Shown here piece by piece: positions 17,013 through 29,233 of a stretch of 36,522 nt of DNA. The position numbers and the translations under genes were made by a program. The DNA comes from Candidatus Xenobia bacterium (GTDB lineage: Bacteria; Vulcanimicrobiota; Xenobia; Xenobiales; QWHO01), in assembly GCA_045863235.1 (NCBI GenBank), contig BTUM01000079.1, forward strand, positions 1 to 36,522, read 5' to 3'. The number at the start of each line of letters is the position of its first letter. Within the stretch, counting starts at the first letter, position 1. The notes under the pieces are model-generated. The model saw only the letters and a program-made list of their open reading frames with translations. It ran no database searches and had not been told where the DNA came from.

Positions 17013-19509
17013 GCAGGCCATCCTGAGCGGCGAGCAGGCGGTGGTCGAGTGCCTGCAGGCAGCCGATGAGAGTGAGCGGCGGGCAGCCGCGCCGGTGGCC
17101 GTTCGTCTGTATGCTGCCTGGCGGTCCGACCCGCTGGGGGAGAGCAAGTCGCTGGGGGGGCCGGCAGCCCTGGCCCTGCTGGGCACTGCCAGCCTGAGCG
17201 AGCTTCGCAAGGCTCACCTGGATGGGGTCTGGGATCATGAGCGGGCGGTTGCGGTTCTGCGCCAGCGCCGTCCCGATTGGCTGCCCGCCTGGGTGGCCTG
17301 GACGCTGGAGAAACAGCCGTTCATCTCGCGCTGGGGGCTGGCCCGGCGCCTGGAGCGCGAGGGGCTCATCGCCCGCCCCGAGGGGGAGGGCTACTGGCTG
17401 GGGATGATCGTGGGCACCGCCAGGAACGGTGCCCTGCGGATGCTCGAGCTCGATCCGGAGTTGCTGGAGCTGGTCTGGAAGCTGTTCGAGGTGGAGGGCA
17501 GCGGCGAGTTCAGTCTGGCCGCCCACGACAAGTACACCCGCGAGCAGGACAGCTGGGCTCATGCTCTGCGTGAACTGGCCGCTCAGGGGTGTCTGGACCG
17601 GCAGCGCCTGCTCGACGCCAGCCTGCAGGCCCTGGCGCGCGACTTCGAGCAGTTTCGAGCGGGCTGGTTCTCGCGTTTTCACGAGTCGATGCAGCCCACC
17701 CCGGAAGAGCGAATGGCCCGTCTGGAAAACTATCGAGGCTTGCTGTCGAGCCGCATTCCGCCCACCGTCACGTTCGCTTTGAAGGCGCTGGCCGAGCTGA
17801 AGGCCGATCCCGGCGAGCACCTGGCCCCGGCCCTCAACGCCCGGGAAAAGGGCACCGTTCGGCTGGCCCTCAAGCTTCTGGCCGGCAGCCAGACCCCCCG
17901 CAAGGCCTTCCTGGCGGCCGAGGCGCTCTCTCACAGCGCCGCTGAGGTGCAGAAAGAGGCCTGGTCGTTGGTGAAGCGTCACGGCTCGCCGGCCGACACT
18001 GAGCTGCGCCGGGCGCTGGAGGAACGCCTGGGGAGCCTTTCGGCCACCCTGGCTCCGGACGTGCGCGCCTGGCTGGGCGCTCCCGAACCGGCTCGAGTCG
18101 CCCCCGCGCCGGAGCCTGTCAAGCCCGAAGAGCCCGTGCGGGTGCGAGGTGTGGCCGATGTCGAGGAGCTGCTCGAGCTGCTGGCCCGTTTGCTCGAGAC
18201 GGGAGAGCCCGCCCTGGATCTCGAGCGGGCCATGGACGGGGTGTCGCGCCTGTCGAATCAAAAGCCTGGCAAGGCCGGAGAGCCGCTCTTGAAGCGAGCC
18301 CGCCAGAAGCTGGCTCGACCGGGAGGGCGCTGTCAGGCCGAGATGGCCCGTCTTGCCCTGGCCTGGCTCGCCCGCGAGCAGGTGCAGCGCCCGGAAGAGC
18401 CGATCACGCTGGGTGCCTTCTTGAGCGCCCGGGTGGAGGAGCTGTGCGCTCGCGTGCTGTCCGGCCAGGCCGGACCGCTACTGGCTCTATCGAGCTGGTC
18501 TTCGCTGGGGATCGAGCCGTCCGACCTGGCGGCGCGCCTGCCGGGGGGGCGGCTGGACCTGATCCAGGCTCTGCACCGCCTTCTGCCCGGCCCGCCGGAG
18601 ACGTTCCGGGGGGTGGCGGGCGAGGAGGGGGCGGCGCTGCGCTTTGCCCTGGGCGGCGACGAAAAGGTCGATTCCGGCCCCGGCCTCTGGGCGGCCGCCG
18701 CCCGGATGTTGAGCAAGACCAGCCCCTCGGCCAGCCTGTGGGCGGCCGCCGCCCGAGTCCGTTGCCCGGACAGCGACTGCCCCGAGGTAGAGGCCCGCTA
18801 CCCGGGCCTGGGCCGGGCTCTCCAGAGCAAGCTTCGCATCGTCCCTCGTCACGGCCACCTCTGGGTGGAGGCCGAATGCCCGGCTCAGAGCTCGCTCGAG
18901 CTGCCTGGCCAGCAGATCTGGCTCAGGCCAGGGAACGATACTCCTGCCGACCGCCGCTGGCAGGCCACTATCTGGCCCGCCGGGCGCCAGGCCTGGTGGG
19001 CTCAGGGATGCCATGAGCTGGGCAACAACCTGGACTGGTGGGAGGCCGACTGGGCCGACATCGTCTACCTCGAGAGCCTGCTCGAGCCCCGTCCTCTGGA
19101 TGCTTACGGGCGGCGCCTGCTGGCCCTGGGACTGGCCGCCAGGGAGCCGGGTCAGTCAGGCATGTCGGTGGATGCGCTGGCCAGAGCCCTGACCGAAGGC
19201 CGGCTGACCGGGGTGGAGCTGGCCGACAGCATGGCCGAGGTGGCCGAGCTGGCCAAGCCTGGTCGCTGGGCTCGCACCCTGGGCACGGTGGCCCGGCTCT
19301 CTGAGGCGCATGCCGGCCAGGTGCACGCCGCGCTGGAGCGCTTGCTCGGTCAGGCCCCTCCGGCGGGCGAGCTGATCGAGCTGCTCGTGGAGCTGGGAGC
19401 CCGGCTGGGTCGTCCGCTGACCGACCCGGCTGCCCGCCGGGCTCTCGAGCAGGTCAAGGGCAGCGGAAAAGCCGCCAGGCTCGCCCGGGTGGCCTTGGCG
19501 GAGGATTGA
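16993..19509 (+). CDS. Large helical-repeat protein, DUF6493-like, coupled to the SWIM gene
   Basis: ATG with SD GGAGG overlaps the end of the SWIM gene. Motifs VWKLFEVEG, LDRQRLLDASLQALARDF and GWFSRF. The family name is from recollection. Confidence 0.7.
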   Translation: MSPQELEQAILSGEQAVVECLQAADESERRAAAPVAVRLYAAWRSDPLGESKSLGGPAALALLGTASLSELRKAHLDGVWDHERAVAVLRQRRPDWLPAWVAWTLEKQPFISRWGLARRLEREGLIARPEGEGYWLGMIVGTARNGALRMLELDPELLELVWKLFEVEGSGEFSLAAHDKYTREQDSWAHALRELAAQGCLDRQRLLDASLQALARDFEQFRAGWFSRFHESMQPTPEERMARLENYRGLLSSRIPPTVTFALKALAELKADPGEHLAPALNAREKGTVRLALKLLAGSQTPRKAFLAAEALSHSAAEVQKEAWSLVKRHGSPADTELRRALEERLGSLSATLAPDVRAWLGAPEPARVAPAPEPVKPEEPVRVRGVADVEELLELLARLLETGEPALDLERAMDGVSRLSNQKPGKAGEPLLKRARQKLARPGGRCQAEMARLALAWLAREQVQRPEEPITLGAFLSARVEELCARVLSGQAGPLLALSSWSSLGIEPSDLAARLPGGRLDLIQALHRLLPGPPETFRGVAGEEGAALRFALGGDEKVDSGPGLWAAAARMLSKTSPSASLWAAAARVRCPDSDCPEVEARYPGLGRALQSKLRIVPRHGHLWVEAECPAQSSLELPGQQIWLRPGNDTPADRRWQATIWPAGRQAWWAQGCHELGNNLDWWEADWADIVYLESLLEPRPLDAYGRRLLALGLAAREPGQSGMSVDALARALTEGRLTGVELADSMAEVAELAKPGRWARTLGTVARLSEAHAGQVHAALERLLGQAPPAGELIELLVELGARLGRPLTDPAARRALEQVKGSGKAARLARVALAED

Positions 19510-19599
19510 GCCCCTCGAAGGCGGCGCGCACAGATTTTCGACATGTGCGCGCGGAGCTGACCCCGATCATTGGCTGGCCTCCGAATCCATTCTACCGTG

Positions 19600-20094
19600 G
19601 TGACAGTGCAAGACCTGGAGACGTTTCACTTCCGGACTTCCTGGCGCTGGTTCTGGCTCATCGCGGGACTGGGGTTGGCCATGGCCGCTTACCTGGCTCA
19701 CCTGGGTCTGTGGGGCCTGAGCGTCATTCCTCCGCAGATGAACGAGCCCGACCTTCGCTTTACCGTCGGCTACGTGCCTCTGGGACTGGCCGCGGCACTC
19801 TTGCTAGGACTGGTTCCCCTGGCCCGGTTGCGAGGAGCCAGGGAGTGGGAGCTGGTCCGCTCGGGCCTGAAGATGCACCGCTCGCGAGGCACCTACGTCT
19901 TTCGCTGGGAGCAAGTTCGGATCTTTGCTCGCCGAGGCGGCCGCGTGCTCGACAGCGCCCTGATTTCGGACGGTCACCGCAACACTCGAGTCTATCGGCT
20001 GTTCCTGCCCGGTTATGACCGGTTCTGCCGCCTGGTGGTGGACAAGGCCCGCCAGGTTGCGGCTCGCCAGGGAACGGTCGACCTGGACGCTTGA
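19600..20094 (+). CDS. Hypothetical membrane protein (two TM segments plus a PH-like beta domain)
   Basis: Two hydrophobic segments, then ...YVFRWEQV... The start is uncertain (19570-19606). Confidence 0.65.
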   Translation: MTVQDLETFHFRTSWRWFWLIAGLGLAMAAYLAHLGLWGLSVIPPQMNEPDLRFTVGYVPLGLAAALLLGLVPLARLRGAREWELVRSGLKMHRSRGTYVFRWEQVRIFARRGGRVLDSALISDGHRNTRVYRLFLPGYDRFCRLVVDKARQVAARQGTVDLDA

Positions 20095-20136
20095 CTTGAG
20101 TTTCTCTTGCTCGCCTCTGCGATGCGGACGAGCACC

Positions 20137-22362
20137 TCAGGTCCGCTTGCGCATGCGCAGGGGCACCGAGCCGATGGCCAGCCTGTCGCCCACCAGCCCC
20201 ACCGTCTGACCCAGGGCCGAGCCTTCAGCCGAGTATTCCGATTCGCGCAGTCGGTCGAAGGCAAGCTCCACGGTTTTCTCGGCCGGGGTGCCGGTGACGC
20301 GCAGCTGCATGATGTGGCTCTCGAGCGAGTTGGAGAGCACGTCGAAAGGGACGTCCTGGCGCAGGGTGCCGCTGTCCTGCCACACCTGGAGGCGCTCGAG
20401 CGCCTTCTGCAGGCCCTGGTAGCTGCCAGTCAGGTAGTGGGAGTGCTCCACCCGGGCGATCCTGTCGGCCAGCGGGATCTCCGCCGACAGGCTCCCGGCC
20501 GCCGCGCCGGCCACCGTTGCGCGGACCATTTCGGACAGCTCTTCTGGAGAGGGTCGCTTCTCTGAGCGGGACAACTCCTCGAGCAGGGCGGGCAGGGTCA
20601 GCGCCGCTTCAGGTCCGCTCTCGCGCAGCACCGACTGGACGGTCTGGAGGATCAGCTCTCTCGGATAGCCCAGCCTTCGGCCCAGGCGCTCGGATTCTCC
20701 CAGCGCCGAAACGGTCTCCACGATGGCCTCCGGAGTCAGTCGGGTCACGAGATCGCTGTTGGGCCGATCCCGGAAGGCCCCTGACAGGTCCAGGGGCTGG
20801 TCCGTGAGGAGCGCCTCGGGAAGCTGGCCTGGCTGACGGTCCCCGATCAGTCGGGCCGCCCCCACCCAGGCAAGCTTCTGGCTCTCGAACTCCTGGCGGC
20901 GCTCGGGGGTCACCTTGCCCTCCTTGACCCGCCCATCCAGCAAATCATCGAGGTGGCGCAAACCCCCCACCGAGCCGGTGAAAGCCAGGCTCTGCTCGAT
21001 CCGGCTCAAGAGGTCCTGGCAGCCATCCCCGCTTCGATACGCAGTGCGAGCGTGGGAGAAGAACTGGTTGCCCAGGTCCTTGGGGTCGTGGCGCTCGGCC
21101 CACCGGTCGGCCAGGTCGGCCAGCAGCGGGGCTGGCTCGTCCCCGCCCAGGAGCAGGCAAGCGGAGAAGGCGTCGCCGAGCGCATTCTCGCCATACTGCC
21201 CGAGCCGTCTCTCCAGGTCATGAAAGGTGTTGGCCAGGCGGTCGAGCGTCTGGCCAACGCTTTCGCCCTCTCGATGCTGGAGATGCAGGTTGTAGCCGAT
21301 GGTGGCGAGCCGCTCGGTGGGCACGTCGGTGGCCAGCAGCTCGTCCACGACTCTGGGCAGGCTCTTGAAACCCGGTTGCCATTCTTTGAGCGGGTGGGAG
21401 ATGTAGCCGACCACGTGGCGCTGCTCGGTCACTTTGAGGCCCTTGCCGGCCAGCTTGTCGATCTGATCGAGCTGGCGCTCGATGGCCTGGAAAGCGTCCT
21501 CGCCCGGGTCGCGGTAGTTCTCGGCCGCATGGCGAAAGACTTCCGGGTCGGGCTTGTAGCTCGAAAAGACCTTCTTCTCGGCCTCCTGCAGCTTCTCGAT
21601 CCGGGGACCGAGCCTCTCGCTGGCCTCGAGGGCCGCCTCCAGGGGCTGGTCGGGGCCCAGCAGGCTGGCCATGAAGAGCGTGAGCCGGGCTCCCTTGTAC
21701 CAGTTCTGGGGCGGTCCCCATCGGCGGGGCTCGCCCTTCTCGTTGTGGGTGTAATCGCGGTCGATAGCCTGGCGCACTGCCTGGCGGTGCGGAGCAGGAA
21801 CCCGGGCCAACAACCTCTGCAGGCTGCAGGCCAGATAAGGGTCGCCGTAGTCGTGCAGTAAGCTGAGGAACTCTGCTTTCTGCTCGGGCTGATCGGCCAG
21901 CACGCAGTTCACGACGGCCAGCGCGAACTGGGCCCGGCTGAAGTCGCCCCAGCCCCGGCTGCCGGAGGTCCGACCGCGGCACTGGCCGAGCCTGTCGAGC
22001 ATGGCCAGGAAGTCAGCCGTCGCCTGCTCGAGGGGCTGCTTGCGGTACTCGACGTCCACCTCGACGTCGCCGCCGATGTAGCGCATGCCACCCTCACCGC
22101 TGGACATCTCCACCAGGAATCGGGCCGAGTCGACGGCATCGCTGGGGTTCAGTCTTTCGGTCAGACGGGTGGCCAGTTCGATCCGCTCCTGGCTCGAGGT
22201 CAGGCCCGGATGGCGGACGTCGGCCAGTTTCTTGAGCTGCTCAGGGGTAAAGGTGGGCTTTGGTGGGGGGGGCTCTTCGGCCGCGGGACGTGTCCCAGTG
22301 GCGGACAGAGGCTGCCTGGCCCCGAGATAGCCTGCCTGCTGCTGGAACGCTGAGATCCTCAC
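20137..22362 (-). CDS. Large hypothetical alpha-helical protein
   Basis: 741-aa ORF with host-like codon usage and a Pro-rich disordered N-terminus. The GTG start follows the shared promoter motif. Confidence 0.8.
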   Translation of the reverse strand: MRISAFQQQAGYLGARQPLSATGTRPAAEEPPPPKPTFTPEQLKKLADVRHPGLTSSQERIELATRLTERLNPSDAVDSARFLVEMSSGEGGMRYIGGDVEVDVEYRKQPLEQATADFLAMLDRLGQCRGRTSGSRGWGDFSRAQFALAVVNCVLADQPEQKAEFLSLLHDYGDPYLACSLQRLLARVPAPHRQAVRQAIDRDYTHNEKGEPRRWGPPQNWYKGARLTLFMASLLGPDQPLEAALEASERLGPRIEKLQEAEKKVFSSYKPDPEVFRHAAENYRDPGEDAFQAIERQLDQIDKLAGKGLKVTEQRHVVGYISHPLKEWQPGFKSLPRVVDELLATDVPTERLATIGYNLHLQHREGESVGQTLDRLANTFHDLERRLGQYGENALGDAFSACLLLGGDEPAPLLADLADRWAERHDPKDLGNQFFSHARTAYRSGDGCQDLLSRIEQSLAFTGSVGGLRHLDDLLDGRVKEGKVTPERRQEFESQKLAWVGAARLIGDRQPGQLPEALLTDQPLDLSGAFRDRPNSDLVTRLTPEAIVETVSALGESERLGRRLGYPRELILQTVQSVLRESGPEAALTLPALLEELSRSEKRPSPEELSEMVRATVAGAAAGSLSAEIPLADRIARVEHSHYLTGSYQGLQKALERLQVWQDSGTLRQDVPFDVLSNSLESHIMQLRVTGTPAEKTVELAFDRLRESEYSAEGSALGQTVGLVGDRLAIGSVPLRMRKRT

Positions 22363-22400
22363 CTGTGCAGCTTACCCCTGCACGCGAAAAAAGGTCTGAA
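22363..22400 (-). promoter_or_regulatory. Shared leaderless-type promoter motif, copy 4
   Basis: Minus strand TTCAG-acc-TTTTT-N13-TAAGCT-gcacag-GTG. Confidence 0.65.
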
Positions 22401-22504
22401 CGCGAACAGACTGACGCAGGTGTCGAAGCAGACTCAATGACCACCCCATCTTCGAGCTCGCCGTCTACAAATGGTGCCCCCCGGCAGCAAGTCACAAGCA
22501 GGAG

Positions 22505-22612
22505 TGGCACACGTGCCAGTTGTGGGAGCTGGCACAAATCGTGCCAACCTCCGGAAGCTGGCACAAGCTGCCACCTCCAGAAGCGGCAGACGAAGCTGGC
22601 ACAAATCGTGGG
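22505..22612. repeat. Cluster of four TGGCAC...TGCCA palindromic repeats
   Basis: tggcacacgtgcca at 22505, tggcacaaatcgtgcca at 22530, tggcacaagctgcca at 22559 and tggcacaaatcgtggg at 22597. Confidence 0.75.
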
Positions 22613-22650
22613 AAATCATAGACATAGCGCACCCTTGGAGGACTCTTGCG

Positions 22651-23184
22651 TCACTCTGCTAAGTCCCAGGCACCCGGACCGGGTGGCCGGGGGCCTTCTT
22701 GTGGGCCGGGGCCGCGCCGGCCCGGTCCATCGGGCGGGCCAGGCCGGCGCATCGGCCGCTCGCGGGGAGGGGAGAGCTCGCGCAGCTTCTGTTGCTGGGT
22801 CGGGGTGAGCACCGCTTTGGTGGCCAGGCGCATCTCGAGTCTTTCCATCTCCAGGGCGGCGTGGGTGGACTCGGCCTGAGCCGCCAGCTTGCGAGCCTGC
22901 TCGGGGTCGGGCTTGTCTTGACGCATCAAGACCTCCAGGTCGAACTTCTGCAACTGCAGCCTGCCCTTCAGCTCGATCATCTTGCGGACGTGACGGATGG
23001 CGATCTGGTTGAGTTGCTCGCGTTGCTCCTGAGACAAGCCGAGGGGCGCTGCCAGGCGGTCGACGTCCATCATCGAGATCTCTGGCGGACCAGGCTCCGG
23101 GCCACCTTCGGGCCCGTCCTGGGCCCAACCGGCCATTGTCAGGCAGGCCAGCATCGTTCCTGTGAGGATCCATCGTTTCAGCAT
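22651..23184 (-). CDS. Spy/CpxP-family periplasmic protein
   Basis: Signal peptide (..AGWA/QD), two LTxxQ-type motifs (LGLSQEQREQL, VLTPTQQQKL) and SD AAGGAGG. Confidence 0.85.
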   Translation of the reverse strand: MLKRWILTGTMLACLTMAGWAQDGPEGGPEPGPPEISMMDVDRLAAPLGLSQEQREQLNQIAIRHVRKMIELKGRLQLQKFDLEVLMRQDKPDPEQARKLAAQAESTHAALEMERLEMRLATKAVLTPTQQQKLRELSPPRERPMRRPGPPDGPGRRGPGPQEGPRPPGPGAWDLAE

Positions 23185-23331
23185 GCGCTCCTCCTTCGAC
23201 AGAGTTCCTGAACTTCAGACGGGTAGACGGGCAAAACGTTACATCACAGTTCGTTTCGGGTCTGTGAGGGCCTGCCCTCGCCGGGCTCTGACTCGTTCTC
23301 CGGCGGGCGCCCCTTCTCAGAGACACCCGAC

Positions 23332-23440
23332 GCTAATGTGCTCGCACTTTGGTTTTGCACATTAGCACAATCTGACGAACGCGCCGGAACTGCGTTCCAG
23401 CGCGTTGTAAAGTGCAAGACCAAAGGCCTTGCACTTTAGC
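23332..23440. repeat. Nested inverted-repeat element; its first 19 nt are identical to 385-403
   Basis: Inverted pairs ctaatgtgc/gcacattag, aacgcgccggaac/gttccagcgcgtt and taaagtgcaag/cttgcacttta. Confidence 0.7.
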
Positions 23441-24014
23441 TTCGACCCGACGCCTTCAAACGCACAGGAGTGGTCCATAGAAAGATGCGACGACCCGAGG
23501 ATTCTATGACTTTGTCGGGCACCCAACCTTCCATGTCGTAGATGTGCGATACAACCTTGGTTCCACGTCTAAGCTCGCTGAGAAGTTTGGGCTGTAACTC
23601 GCGGTTGATTCGTGGAGAGAGGAAGAGGGTAACCACGCTGGCATCCTTGAGATTGACGTCGAAGAGGCTGGTATGAATAAACTCAGTTCGATCTTCCACT
23701 GATTGCTTTCGAGCATTGGCGCGACTGATTCTTACGAGGTCCTCGTCGATCTCCACCCCTGTTGATCGGGCCCCTCTTCGGGCCGCGGCAATGGTGATTC
23801 GTCCGTCTCCCGAACCCAGGTCATACACCTTCGATTTGGCGTCTACCTCGCCCAGATCCAGCATCAATTCCACAATTTCGGGGGGAGTGTCGACGTAAGG
23901 GACGTCGGCAATGTCGACTTTGTATTTTGTGCTTCGCCAGGCTGCTAAGGCGACGCCAATAAGGATCAAAAGCAGGATGGACTTTCGATAAGGGCGAGAG
24001 GACTTCAAGCTCAT
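23436..24014 (-). CDS. Class I SAM-dependent methyltransferase with N-terminal membrane anchor or signal
   Basis: DVPYVDTP, VYDLGSGDGRI, GVEID, ASVVTLFL and VVSH. GC content is visibly lower than in the flanks. Confidence 0.9.
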   Translation of the reverse strand: MSLKSSRPYRKSILLLILIGVALAAWRSTKYKVDIADVPYVDTPPEIVELMLDLGEVDAKSKVYDLGSGDGRITIAAARRGARSTGVEIDEDLVRISRANARKQSVEDRTEFIHTSLFDVNLKDASVVTLFLSPRINRELQPKLLSELRRGTKVVSHIYDMEGWVPDKVIESSGRRIFLWTTPVRLKASGRS

Positions 24015-24167
24015 GTTTTCTCCTGGACATGAACTTCAACCAAAATTCCAATTTACCGCCCTCTTCACCAAACTCTCATATGAAAGCATTTTAATCTAAT
24101 CTTAACCAGAGCGGAGATTTTAGGGAGTATTGCTGGCCCGGGATGCCCCACCATGTCAAGGGAACGA

Positions 24168-24611
24168 TCAGGGACTGCGAACTTCGTGCGTCGAGGGAGC
24201 CAGCCGTCTGAAGTGGGAGACGTTGAGAGTGAGCAGCTCGGTCGCCTTACCGAGCAAGGCAGCTCGAACGATCAGGGCGTCATAGACGGTTCCGCCCGCT
24301 ATACCCCGTGCGCGGCATTCCTCCAGCACCGACCAGTAGTCGGCGCCAGTCAGCTCGACGATGTGCTTGTCTTGGAGATTGCCCTGCACCAGGCGGTGTG
24401 CGGCGGCGGGCGCCAAGCGATGAGGTGGCGGAAGCCGGGTCAGCACCGAGTAAACCTCGGCCAGCGTGTGGGCCGCTGCCAGGATGGGAGTCCTGCCTGC
24501 GATGCAGTCTACCCAGGCCTGACGACACCTTGCATGGTCTTCGTGCCAGGGGAATCGCTCTGTCAAGATCCGCCATCTCGCTGACCCGCAATCAGGCTGG
24601 ACACCGGGCAC
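24168..24611 (-). pseudogene. PIN-domain (VapC-like) nuclease, apparently missing its N-terminal DTS motif
   Basis: HEDH, HTLAEVYSVLTRLP, GGTVYDALI and LLTLNVSHF are present. There is no in-frame first-strand Asp and no antitoxin gene upstream. Confidence 0.6.
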
Positions 24612-24636
24612 GCTGTCTTCCCAGAAGCCGGTCCTC

Positions 24637-27725
<3,089 letters not shown>

Positions 27726-27747
<22 letters not shown>

Positions 27748-28799
27748 AGCTGCTCCTTGAGCCAGTCGAAAAGATAGAGCGAGTCACGCGGTCCGGGGCT
27801 CGACTCGGGATGATACTGCACGCACTGCACCGGCAGGGTGCGATGCCGGAAGCCTTCCAGGGTGCCGTCGTAGAGGTCGATGTGGGTGGCCTCGAGCTCG
27901 GCAGGCAGGCTGTCGGGATCGACGGCAAAGCCGTGGTTGTGGCTGGAGATCTCCACCTTGCCGGTGGTGGCGCAGCTGACCGGATGGTTGCCGCCCCGGT
28001 GGCCGAACTTGAGCTTGAAGGTGCGCGCTCCCAGGGCCAGGGCGGTGAGCTGGTGCCCCAGGCAGATGGCCAGGGTGGGCAGGCCGCTGGTGACGAGCTT
28101 TTTCACCTCGGGGATGATGTCGGTCAGGGCGGCCGGATCGCCCGGCCCGTTGGAGAGCACCAGAGCGTGGGGATTGCCGCGCAGGATCTCCTCGGCTTTC
28201 GTGCCGGCCGGGTAGACGGTCAGTGCCATCCCTCGCTCCACCAGCTCGCGCAGGATGCCCCGCTTGACGCCTAGATCCAGCACGGCGACCTGGTGAGGTC
28301 CATCTCCCATGCGGTAGACCTGCTCGCAGCTCACTTCTTTGGCCAGGCCCAGACCCACCATGCTTGGCTGGGCCTGAAGCTGGTCCATCAGGTCCTGGTC
28401 GGCCGGGCCGATGGCGCAGCGCTGGGCTCCGTGGTCGCGGATGTGGCGCACCAGGGCCCGCGTGTCCACCTCCGAGAGGCCGGCCACCCGGTGCTCCTCG
28501 AGGTAGCGGCGCAGGCTGAGGCGACTTCTCCAGTTGGAAGGCGAGGGCGACTCCTCGCGCACGATCACGCCCTCTACCCAGGGCCGGCGCGACTCGCCGT
28601 CCTCCAGGGTGATGCCGTAGTTGCCCATCTGGGGATTGGTGAAGACCACCACCTGGCGGCGGTAGGAGGGGTCGGTGAGGATCTCCTCATAGCCCGACAT
28701 GGACGTGTTGAACACGATTTCGCCGAAGGCCGGGCCGGGATGGCCGAACAGCTCGCCTTCAAAGCGGGTGCCGTCTTCCAATAGCAGGGTGCCTTTCAC
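27726..28799 (-). CDS. carA: Carbamoyl-phosphate synthase small subunit
   Basis: [35 protein letters not shown] and QYHPE. Confidence 0.98.
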
Positions 28800-29233
28800 A
28801 GGTAGGTCCTCTCGATCTCGCGCCGGACGCGCTCCTGGTCGTGTGGGCTTGCCAGCAGCACGAGCACGGTGTCGTCTCCGGCCAGGGTGCCCACCACCCC
28901 CGCTGGAGGGTTCTCATCCATGGCGATGGCCACGGCGCTGGCGCGTCCCACCCGGGTCTTGACCACCAGCATGGCGGCCGCAGGCTCGACCCCGGCCACG
29001 AAACCCTCCACCAGCTGGGGGGAAGTCTTGGGCTGCTCGGGGGCGGCGTAGCGGTAGCCACCCTCCGGGGTCGGACGCTTGAACAACCCCAGCCTCTTGA
29101 TGTCGCGCGAGATGGTGGCCTGGGTAACCTCCACCCCACGCTCCTCCAGGCCTGCCACCAGGTCTTGCTGGGTCTCCACGGCCTGCTCGGCGATCAGGGC
29201 CAGGATGGCGCGGGCACGCTGACGGGGAGTCAT
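28796..29233 (-). CDS. argR: Arginine repressor
   Basis: TQQDLV...VTQATISRDIKRL and GTLAGDDTVLV. The ATG at 29233 overlaps the argD stop. Confidence 0.95.
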   Translation of the reverse strand: MTPRQRARAILALIAEQAVETQQDLVAGLEERGVEVTQATISRDIKRLGLFKRPTPEGGYRYAAPEQPKTSPQLVEGFVAGVEPAAAMLVVKTRVGRASAVAIAMDENPPAGVVGTLAGDDTVLVLLASPHDQERVRREIERTYL

